Below are positions 17,775 to 23,626 of a stretch of 23,626 nucleotides of DNA, piece after piece. Under the pieces are notes generated by a model. It was not told the origin of the DNA and did no database searches. It was given only the letters and a program-made list of their open reading frames with translations. This stretch comes from a virus (lineage: Duplodnaviria > Heunggongvirae > Uroviricota > Caudoviricetes), in IMG/VR virus record IMGVR_UViG_3300047546_003009; one strand, written 5' to 3'. A program made the position numbers and the translations under genes. Each line of letters opens with the position of its first letter. Position 1 is the stretch's first letter.

Positions 17775-17891
17775 TTACATAATCAATAGAGCAAGTGCTA
17801 AAATAAACCACCATGCAGACCACCCATTGTGAACGAGGTATGCGGTTCCTGCTAGAACAAATATGTTCCAGATTAGGTGTTGTATTTTCAT
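17775..17891 (-). CDS. small membrane protein (38 aa)
   Basis: Manual translation MKIQHLIWNIFVLAGTAYLVHNGWSAWWFILALALLIM*; ATGA overlap with the ligase stop. Confidence 0.55.
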   Translation of the reverse strand: MKIQHLIWNIFVLAGTAYLVHNGWSAWWFILALALLIM

Positions 17892-19186
17892 TTAATCGCT
17901 TTCGATGAATCCGCTTCAGACTTATCGTGACGAATCTCAACAAAGATCGGAAGGAACAGGCTATCCCCACCAGTCTTCTTGTCTTTGATTCGTGCATTAT
18001 ATTTTACCGAAACAACGCTGCCAATGCAGTCGGGTTTAATAGAATCACGATCAGCATCAGTATAGCCCGAACCAATCGAGACTCGGACAACACTATCGCT
18101 AGACTCAGCAACAAGAGCACCGAGCCTACCCACATTTTTGCCAGTTCCTTCTTCCCACCCAACAATCTTGAGATCGCACTCAAGTTCTCCTTTGAATTTT
18201 ATTTGATGTTTGACCCGCTTTGACTCCCACGGACTATCAATGTTTTTGAGAATCGTTCCTTCCTGACCTTCACCAAGAAACTTCTCAAAGATTTTCTTTG
18301 CAGACTCAAGGTCATCCACAATCTCATTCCACACCGTTGAAATCTTATCCGACTCAACGCGAGTGACGGAATCACGAACTTCCTGAAGGCGAGCCTTGTA
18401 GGGAATAGTGCATTTACCAGTCACCCAGTTTTTGTACGGAATGCAATCCCACAGAGTTGCACCAACCCTTGCACACTCGTTGTCAGTGATTGTTCCTTTC
18501 AGCGATTTCGAAAGGATGCCGTTAGAAGTTTGACGGGGGAGAAATTGATAGCGATCTTCATCAAACACAAGAAGCTCCCCGTCAAACACACATTCGCGGC
18601 CAGCAGCAAGCTCGACAAACTCTTTCTCGAGGTGGCCCCGAAGGTTGATCTCTTTTCCGTTCCTCGAACGGAACTCGACGGTGTTGTTTCGGCAGATCGC
18701 ATTGAACCGCATACCATCAAGTTTAAGCTGGACATATGCGGGAAATTTGATATTGGCAATTGCCTTATCATCGTACTGTGCGCACAACATGACAGGAAAT
18801 TCCATGATCAGCTTCGGCCAGATCTTGTTGACGGTTTTTTCAGAAACGCCGCATCGAAGATCCTTTTCAATGATTCGGGTGATTACGATTGCATCTTCAG
18901 GTTCAACCTCGGAGAGGAGGAGCGAGAGGTATTCGATTGCACTATTGCCAGTGACTTTTCGGGATGAAAGTTGAGACAATTTCTCAAGTGCCTTCTCGAG
19001 CGTCAGCATCACAGGGCGATCAATTTCGTACTTGGGGATTTTCCGAATGTAGTAGTTCGTCATCGGGCACAGTGCAGCGATGAGAACTTTTTTGAGAAGT
19101 TCGTTGTCTTTCTCGCGCCGGAGGATTGCTTCTTTTTCCAGGCGAGACGCTGTGCTACCAAGTTCATCGAGGATTTCGTAGATCAC
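17888..19186 (-). CDS. gp30: ATP-dependent DNA ligase gp30
   Basis: Motif I QLKLDGMR, FDGEL, EGTILK, KRVKHQIKFK and SLFLPIF. Confidence 0.95.
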   Translation of the reverse strand: MIYEILDELGSTASRLEKEAILRREKDNELLKKVLIAALCPMTNYYIRKIPKYEIDRPVMLTLEKALEKLSQLSSRKVTGNSAIEYLSLLLSEVEPEDAIVITRIIEKDLRCGVSEKTVNKIWPKLIMEFPVMLCAQYDDKAIANIKFPAYVQLKLDGMRFNAICRNNTVEFRSRNGKEINLRGHLEKEFVELAAGRECVFDGELLVFDEDRYQFLPRQTSNGILSKSLKGTITDNECARVGATLWDCIPYKNWVTGKCTIPYKARLQEVRDSVTRVESDKISTVWNEIVDDLESAKKIFEKFLGEGQEGTILKNIDSPWESKRVKHQIKFKGELECDLKIVGWEEGTGKNVGRLGALVAESSDSVVRVSIGSGYTDADRDSIKPDCIGSVVSVKYNARIKDKKTGGDSLFLPIFVEIRHDKSEADSSKAIK

Positions 19187-19220
19187 AAAACGCTCCAGTT
19201 ATCACTAAATTTGAACTACA

Positions 19221-19249
19221 ATTATACTGGAAAAATCAAATCAAGTCAA
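19221..19249 (-). promoter_or_regulatory. sigma70-type promoter for DNA ligase
   Basis: TTGACT-17 nt-TATAAT, then a GGAG RBS before the GTG start. Confidence 0.8.
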
Positions 19250-19672
19250 CAGTTTTAGTTCGACGGATGCCTCAGCGAACATTTCCTTTGTCAATTCAAA
19301 TGACTTTTGCCACCGCTCTGTGTCACAGTATGGGGCGCAAACAGTTTTGATTCCTGCCTGGATGACAATTGCTGCACATCTGGAGCATGGCATGAAAGGC
19401 CATGTATACAGTGTTGTACCGCACAGTGGTTCTCTTGCAAAGACGATTGCATTAATTTCACCGTGAACGATCATATCGAGCTTTTGGTCACGGTTAGTCA
19501 GTCTTTCATCAATGTCTCGAACGCCTCTTGCAAACCCGTTGTATCCGGTTGAGATGATTCTTCTTTGGTCGTCGACAATCACTGCACCAACTTTTGTTGA
19601 AGGGTCTTTAGACCACTGTGCAATGTGTTCGGCGAGTTCGAGGAACCTTTTGTCCCACTTATTATTATCCAT
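19241..19672 (-). CDS. cd: dCMP deaminase
   Basis: Motifs WSKDPSTKVGAVIV, TGYNG, HGEINAI and PCSRC. Confidence 0.92.
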   Translation of the reverse strand: MDNNKWDKRFLELAEHIAQWSKDPSTKVGAVIVDDQRRIISTGYNGFARGVRDIDERLTNRDQKLDMIVHGEINAIVFAREPLCGTTLYTWPFMPCSRCAAIVIQAGIKTVCAPYCDTERWQKSFELTKEMFAEASVELKLLT

Positions 19673-19751
19673 AGCGAACGATCAGATATGTCATCATGAT
19701 TGCGATTGACGAGAAGATTGTCACCCATTCAACAACGGTGAATTGAAACAT
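19665..19751 (-). CDS. small hydrophobic peptide (28 aa)
   Basis: Manual translation MFQFTVVEWVTIFSSIAIMMTYLIVRYG*; fills the gap between its neighbours. Confidence 0.45.
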   Translation of the reverse strand: MFQFTVVEWVTIFSSIAIMMTYLIVRYG

Positions 19752-19755
19752 CCAC

Positions 19756-19977
19756 TCAGGAAGTTTTTGAATCAAGTTGTCTTTCCAGTTCATTGATTCT
19801 CCTTTCGGCTTCAATCAATTTTAGTTCCAGGTCTCTACACACATTCGAGTAGACGAATCCTTTTTTTGAAATCTTCGTTTCACAGTCCCAATACCATCCA
19901 CCGGTCTGGTTTTGTCTAGAAGACCACATGAACATTTCATTGGAATCTGTGATAGGGGTTTTAGTATTCATTCTCAT
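19756..19977 (-). CDS. hypothetical protein with C-terminal coiled coil
   Basis: 73-aa ORF directly downstream of a sigma70 promoter. Confidence 0.6.
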   Translation of the reverse strand: MRMNTKTPITDSNEMFMWSSRQNQTGGWYWDCETKISKKGFVYSNVCRDLELKLIEAERRINELERQLDSKTS

Positions 19978-19990
19978 TGCTCGCCTAGCT

Positions 19991-20018
19991 ATTATACATA
20001 TAATTTAGGAAATGTCAA
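19991..20018 (-). promoter_or_regulatory. sigma70-type promoter
   Basis: TTGACA-16 nt-TATAAT. Confidence 0.65.
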
Positions 20019-20030
20019 CAGGGGAGTCGA

Positions 20031-20201
20031 TTGGCGCAGATTATTTTTCTCTCACAGATCTACAAAGAGCGGATTGAGAAACAACGAGAGCTCGACTACT
20101 ACAGGGAGCAGATCGAGCTGTTGTACAAGAGGGTTGAGATTGTTCAACGAGAGATTGATCTCACAGAAAAGATCATTTCAATCATTGAACACGAGCTCTA
20201 G
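20031..20201 (+). CDS. small coiled-coil protein (56 aa), lone plus-strand gene
   Basis: Not in the ORF track. GGGGAG RBS, then TTG start: MAQIIFLSQIYKERIEKQRELDYYREQIELLYKRVEIVQREIDLTEKIISIIEHEL*. Confidence 0.65.
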   Translation: MAQIIFLSQIYKERIEKQRELDYYREQIELLYKRVEIVQREIDLTEKIISIIEHEL

Positions 20202-20602
20202 TCCTTCACGGTGATTTTCCAGCACCATTTGTTTTTCCACGCAAGAAACGCTTGGACAGCAAATGATTGATTTTTTCCCAGCTTTGAAGCTCGTTGTCTT
20301 GCAGTGACGATCAGCACAAACAACAAACTGATCGCGACAACAATAAACACGAGTATCGCTGCAATCACGGCAGGCTCATCGGGATGAATCCATTGCATTG
20401 TAGCAATCATTGCAGCAATCCAAGCAAGCATGTCGGCAAACGATGCGACAATACCACAAACAACTGCAACACCAACACACAACACAAACAATGACCAAGC
20501 AACATCGCGCGTGTAGCCACAGATGTCATCATTCGGCTGGATGCAGATCTTTTCAACAAGCCGGTAGTGCCATGAATTTCGAGAAACAACAATTTCTTTC
20601 AT
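20198..20602 (-). CDS. hypothetical membrane protein
   Basis: 134 aa with two long hydrophobic segments. Confidence 0.7.
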   Translation of the reverse strand: MKEIVVSRNSWHYRLVEKICIQPNDDICGYTRDVAWSLFVLCVGVAVVCGIVASFADMLAWIAAMIATMQWIHPDEPAVIAAILVFIVVAISLLFVLIVTARQRASKLGKNQSFAVQAFLAWKNKWCWKITVKD

Positions 20603-20605
20603 TTT

Positions 20606-20926
20606 TCAACTCCCAGTGATTAGAACAACGGTGTCACCCCGACAACGAAACCCTTCAATGAACACATGATGACGGTCACCAGACTCTCGAATGCACCTGT
20701 CACACGCCTTCCACACATCCAAATACGAAGTTCCTTCAATACGAGCACTTACTTCCTTGTCACCCCAATGATCCCTGTATACAACGGTTTTACAGTGGGT
20801 AAACGGATGAGCGCTCTCAATACTATCACACCCAGCAACAGACCACACGGAACAAAAATCGTTCTCCTTGCGAATATTGTTGAGGTAATCAATCAGTTTC
20901 ATCATTTCATCACTTTCATAAGACAT
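20606..20926 (-). CDS. hypothetical protein
   Basis: Start reset to ATG 20926 (MSYESDE...) behind GGAG; C-terminal ESGDRHHVFIEGF. Confidence 0.7.
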   Translation of the reverse strand: MSYESDEMMKLIDYLNNIRKENDFCSVWSVAGCDSIESAHPFTHCKTVVYRDHWGDKEVSARIEGTSYLDVWKACDRCIRESGDRHHVFIEGFRCRGDTVVLITGS

Positions 20927-20934
20927 CGGTGTTT

Positions 20935-21105
20935 TCTCCGGAAAATTTTCTAAAAAAAAATTTTTTGGAAAATTATACAAAACCAGCGAAGTTTTTTGGG
21001 GGAAACCTTTTAGAACAAATTTGAGCGGGGGAGCGGGGGTTCGGTTATATAAGCACCCCCGGCCTACTTTTTTGCACCCCCGGGCAGTGTCTTGCCCGGG
21101 GGTCC
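20935..21105. repeat. non-coding A-tract / G-tract / palindrome cluster
   Basis: GAAAATTTTC, A9T6, GGAAAATT twice, GAGCGGGGG twice, four G5 runs, and an 11-bp perfect inverted repeat at 21076-21103. Confidence 0.7.
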
Positions 21106-21109
21106 ACAA

Positions 21110-21265
21110 TCACCGAAACACGGCGAAATGTTTCATTGCATCCTCCAGAGTGTAGCCGTAGAGGTGCTTCAACACCTGGCACTGATCACCAACCCGGCAG
21201 ATCTCGTACTCGTAGTTGCCGATGGAGAACAGCTTGAGTGAACCGCGAGAGCAGATGAAAGACAT
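21110..21265 (-). CDS. hypothetical early protein
   Basis: AAGGAG RBS and ATG at 21265 (MSFICSRG...), 51 aa. Confidence 0.6.
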   Translation of the reverse strand: MSFICSRGSLKLFSIGNYEYEICRVGDQCQVLKHLYGYTLEDAMKHFAVFR

Positions 21266-21279
21266 TGTGTAGCTCCTTG

Positions 21280-21465
21280 TTATTTGTAGTACTTTGCGAC
21301 CGGGACACCGAGGGCGCACAGCTGGTCAGCAGCTTCGTCGAACCGCTTCATGTTCTTGCGGAGCTCATCGCTGTCGTTCGTCTCCTGGATCATTCTGTTC
21401 CACACGAGCAGCGAGTTGATGTGCATGGAGATTTCCTCTGCAGTCTTTTTCTGAACCTTGGCCAT
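21280..21465 (-). CDS. hypothetical early protein
   Basis: 61 aa with a GGAG RBS, downstream of a promoter. Confidence 0.65.
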   Translation of the reverse strand: MAKVQKKTAEEISMHINSLLVWNRMIQETNDSDELRKNMKRFDEAADQLCALGVPVAKYYK

Positions 21466-21494
21466 TTCGGGCTCCGTTCGATTAGTGAGCCCCC

Positions 21495-21523
21495 AGTATA
21501 TACGAGAACGAACTGGAGGTCAA
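21495..21523 (-). promoter_or_regulatory. early promoter repeat
   Basis: TTGACC-17 nt (containing AGTTCGTTCT)-TATACT. Confidence 0.75.
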
Positions 21524-21552
21524 CAGGGAAGATTGCTTTTAGAATCAGGGAG

Positions 21553-22002
21553 TTAGAGAGTGACGCTTGCAGGGCCAAACAGCTGTTCCATCACCGCGGT
21601 CGGGCCAAAATACGACCACCGGCCTTCCCGGTCACCACCCTTGTAGTAGTCCCAGATGCCGCACCGGACAGTCTCGCCGTTGAGCTCCACGGTGAATCCC
21701 CACGAATAGGCAACCTTCGAAGTGTCATCCGGAGCATTCTGCGGGAAACCCAGGATCTGTTCGATCTCTTTCGGCCGGACATTGATCAGGCCACCCATCC
21801 GATGATCACCAGGAACAGCACAAGGCTTCACCTGGAGAATTTGGGCGGCAGTGAGTTGCTCCGGAATCTGCTCGACAGTCAGCCCGTTGAGATCAAGCTG
21901 CGCATTGCGGTCTGCAGCAGTGATCCATTGAGCAACCCGGGCACGCGCGATGGTTTCAGTCGGTGCATCGAGATCAGCTTCCACGGTGATTTTGTATTTC
22001 AT
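21553..22002 (-). CDS. hypothetical early protein
   Basis: Start reset to ATG 22002 (MKYKITVEAD...) behind AGGA; 149 aa. Confidence 0.65.
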   Translation of the reverse strand: MKYKITVEADLDAPTETIARARVAQWITAADRNAQLDLNGLTVEQIPEQLTAAQILQVKPCAVPGDHRMGGLINVRPKEIEQILGFPQNAPDDTSKVAYSWGFTVELNGETVRCGIWDYYKGGDREGRWSYFGPTAVMEQLFGPASVTL

Positions 22003-22027
22003 CTTGGTGTCCTGTATCGTAGGAAAG

Positions 22028-22156
22028 TTAGCCGAAGTACATCTGGGTCGCCAGGAACCCGGCAATGAACAGAAGCGCACAGAACGCTCCCGCGTAGAAG
22101 AACATCATGTTCTCCCGGTCAAGTTCCCGTTTGACGCGAAGTTCCCGTTCGGTCAT
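22028..22156 (-). CDS. small membrane protein (42 aa)
   Basis: Manual translation MTERELRVKRELDRENMMFFYAGAFCALLFIAGFLATQMYFG* with an AGGAG RBS. Confidence 0.6.
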   Translation of the reverse strand: MTERELRVKRELDRENMMFFYAGAFCALLFIAGFLATQMYFG

Positions 22157-22184
22157 CTCTTAGCTCCTAGTGAAGTATGAACCC

Positions 22185-22213
22185 ACTATACTGCAGTTTG
22201 AACTACTTGTCAA
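22185..22213 (-). promoter_or_regulatory. early promoter repeat
   Basis: TTGACA-17 nt (containing AGTTCAAACT)-TATAGT. Confidence 0.78.
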
Positions 22214-22367
22214 CAGGTTTGTTGACGATTTTTGCGCAAAGATTCCACGTCATCCCCATCACCGTCATCGCCAGAGTGCGATCTCCGGCCGGCAGACCGT
22301 TGATGTAGTCCAGCAGTTCGGTGCTGGTAGCAGGCGTGTGGAACAAACCGACAGGGGTCAATTTCAT
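22203..22367 (-). CDS. hypothetical early protein
   Basis: Start reset to ATG 22367 (MKLTPVGLF...) behind GGAG; 54 aa. Confidence 0.6.
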   Translation of the reverse strand: MKLTPVGLFHTPATSTELLDYINGLPAGDRTLAMTVMGMTWNLCAKIVNKPVDK

Positions 22368-22368
22368 T

Positions 22369-22581
22369 TTATTGCTCTCCATAGAGGTCGACCGTTTCAA
22401 TGTTAGAAGAAAATACGTTGCTTTTCTGAGTTTCTGCGACGTGACTGCGGCCGCGGGGGCACACAAACTCCATCACGTCTCTGCCTTGAATGTCTTCTTC
22501 ACAGTTGAGAAACTCAACGTCTGTCGTCCTGTGCCACATATCGCACACATAGCAACGCACAAAGTATACTTTGGTCATCAC
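22369..22581 (-). CDS. small putative zinc-binding protein
   Basis: CYVCxxxH near the N-terminus plus a distal FVCP; ATGA overlap. Confidence 0.6.
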   Translation of the reverse strand: MMTKVYFVRCYVCDMWHRTTDVEFLNCEEDIQGRDVMEFVCPRGRSHVAETQKSNVFSSNIETVDLYGEQ

Positions 22582-22832
22582 TCATCTCCATAGTAGCCAT
22601 AGTCTTCATCCGTGCCAAACCCCGCAGACGCCATCGCAGAGTCGAAGTCACCGTCCATCGAATCGTTGTAGTCGTCCCCATCATCTTCCTCGATGAGGTC
22701 GATGTAGTCGACCTTCAGGTTGCCGAAATCTTCCTGGAACAGCTCCCGAGCATGATCAAAGCTCCGGGCATACAGTTCACATTCATGTTCAGCACCGTGT
22801 TCAGCAGTGAAGTAGAAGCGATACAGGTTCAT
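22578..22832 (-). CDS. highly acidic early protein
   Basis: C-terminus DDGDDYNDSMDGDFDSAMASAGFGTDEDYGYYGDE; AAGGA RBS. Confidence 0.7.
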   Translation of the reverse strand: MNLYRFYFTAEHGAEHECELYARSFDHARELFQEDFGNLKVDYIDLIEEDDGDDYNDSMDGDFDSAMASAGFGTDEDYGYYGDE

Positions 22833-22833
22833 G

Positions 22834-22920
22834 TTAGTCCTTCAGCAGTTTAACGATCACAGGGCCCGCAGCAGAAACAAACACCAGGAAAATCGCAGCG
22901 ATGACATTGATATCGAACAT
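22834..22920 (-). CDS. small hydrophobic peptide (28 aa)
   Basis: Manual translation MFDINVIAAIFLVFVSAAGPVIVKLLKD* with an AAGGGA RBS directly after a promoter. Confidence 0.55.
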   Translation of the reverse strand: MFDINVIAAIFLVFVSAAGPVIVKLLKD

Positions 22921-22949
22921 TTCAGTCCCTTTCGTCAGTTGATGAAGCC

Positions 22950-22978
22950 AGTATACAACGGTTCGAACTAAAGGTCAA
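22950..22978 (-). promoter_or_regulatory. early promoter repeat
   Basis: TTGACC-17 nt (containing AGTTCGAACC)-TATACT. Confidence 0.8.
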
Positions 22979-23151
22979 CAGTCAGATTCTTCCATCGCAC
23001 GCTCGAGAACTTCGAACTCCCGCTTGAAATCCTCTTCAGTCCAGCTAGAAACGTCATTGCGCGGGCGAATACCATACGCATCCTTGTACATATCGGAGTA
23101 GATTTGGTGGTATTGCTCGAGAATCGTCATCTCTTCCCACGGCTTGAACAT
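22975..23151 (-). CDS. hypothetical early protein
   Basis: Start reset to ATG 23151 (MFKPWEE...) behind GAGG; contains YSDMYKDAYGIRPR. Confidence 0.7.
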   Translation of the reverse strand: MFKPWEEMTILEQYHQIYSDMYKDAYGIRPRNDVSSWTEEDFKREFEVLERAMEESDC

Positions 23152-23182
23152 CGTTTTTCCCTCTTTGTTAACTGTTAGGACC

Positions 23183-23211
23183 ACTATACAACAGTTCGAA
23201 CTAGAAGTCAA
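23183..23211 (-). promoter_or_regulatory. early promoter repeat
   Basis: TTGACT-17 nt (containing AGTTCGAACT)-TATAGT. Confidence 0.8.
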
Positions 23212-23332
23212 CATGTTTAACTCGGTGTTTCTCGTGGCGTTTGTACTGTTTCTTCATCGCACATACCCGCAAACGGTACTTCGGAGTGCGCAAATCCTTG
23301 TGAACCTGCGATTGCTTACGCCTGTACGACAT
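23201..23332 (-). CDS. small basic protein resembling alternative ribosome-rescue factor ArfA
   Basis: GAGG RBS and ATG at 23332: MSYRRKQSQVHKDLRTPKYRLRVCAMKKQYKRHEKHRVKHVDF*. The pattern LxxPx[FY]RxRVxxxKK..YxRxxKH matches ArfA. Confidence 0.55.
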   Translation of the reverse strand: MSYRRKQSQVHKDLRTPKYRLRVCAMKKQYKRHEKHRVKHVDF

Positions 23333-23459
23333 TTTCCTCTCGCTTTTCAAGGGTTTCCAGCACGTTTTTGACGTACGTCTGCACGTACAGCACGCGCAAA
23401 TCATCGGTTTTGCAGTCTTTCAGCACTTCGTGCACATGCTTGAGGAACATTTGATCCAT
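23316..23459 (-). CDS. hypothetical early protein
   Basis: Start reset to ATG 23459 (MDQMFLKH...) behind GGAG; 47 aa. Confidence 0.6.
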   Translation of the reverse strand: MDQMFLKHVHEVLKDCKTDDLRVLYVQTYVKNVLETLEKREENVVQA

Positions 23460-23478
23460 TTTTCTCTCCAAAAAACCC

Positions 23479-23507
23479 ACTATCCCACAGTTCGAACTAA
23501 AGGTCAA
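23479..23507 (-). promoter_or_regulatory. early promoter repeat
   Basis: TTGACC-17 nt (containing AGTTCGAACT)-GATAGT. Confidence 0.72.
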
Positions 23508-23626
23508 CTACTTGCAGCACGTGACCTTCGCCAGGGTTTTCCACTGAGCCTGATTGAATTGCTTCAGTCGACCGATCTTCACGACGAGTCGCAGGGAAAG
23601 TTCCCGCAGCTTGTCAGTGTTTTCTT
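23508..23626 (-). CDS. hypothetical protein, 3' end only
   Basis: Open frame ...ENTDKLRELSLRLVVKIGRLKQFNQAQWKTLAKVTCCK* entering from the right edge. Confidence 0.5.
   Translation of the reverse strand, partial: ENTDKLRELSLRLVVKIGRLKQFNQAQWKTLAKVTCCK

Noticed and set aside
20927-21109. N-terminal extension of the 167-aa ORF
   Set aside because: It translates low-complexity palindromic DNA; a better start with an RBS exists at 20926.
21265-22068. 267-aa plus-strand ORF
   Set aside because: It is antisense to several RBS- and promoter-supported minus-strand genes in a GC-richer region where long shadow ORFs are expected.
22209-22226. Inverted repeat GTCAACA-GGTT-TGTTGAC as a divergent promoter pair
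   Set aside because: The plus-strand TTGACG has no -10 at proper spacing and no plus-strand gene follows.
22834-22920. Resemblance of the peptide (AAGPVIV) to photosystem II Psb30/Ycf12
   Set aside because: The match is too short and generic, and nothing else in the window indicates photosynthesis genes.
21495-23507. CRISPR array from the recurring GTTCGAAC repeats
   Set aside because: Spacing is irregular, hundreds of nt, with genes in between, and the repeats coincide with -35/-10 promoter elements.
1-23626. Stop-codon reassignment (alternative genetic code)
   Set aside because: Core genes are full length in the standard code, and TAA, TAG and TGA all end genes at expected positions.

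Overview
This window is part of a large T4-like (T4 superfamily) myophage genome, not a cellular chromosome. From left to right it holds a baseplate/tail module (hub-like partial ORF, gp53, gp48, gp4, gp2, gp54-like, gp26/gp51, tape-measure-like protein with a lysozyme domain). Next is a minus-strand replication/transcription block (gp32, gp59, gp33, SleB-like hydrolase, DUF932, exonuclease, PhoH, RNase H, glycosyltransferase, SLOG, RuvC-like, DNA ligase, dCMP deaminase). After an A-tract/G-tract/palindrome element near 21 kb comes a visibly more GC-rich array of small early genes behind repeated sigma70-type promoters. Signals the ORF track misses: (1) a circularly permuted two-piece tmRNA gene (tag ANDEKFALAA) behind a T4 late promoter; (2) a 43-aa ArfA-like early protein, which with the tmRNA suggests a phage-encoded ribosome-rescue or ribosome-control system; (3) a probable programmed -1 frameshift fusing gp26 to a start-less gp51-like frame just upstream of the tape-measure gene; (4) a palindromic AGTTCGAACT box at a fixed position in the early promoter spacers. 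All family assignments come from motif recognition and gene order by eye; no searches were run.
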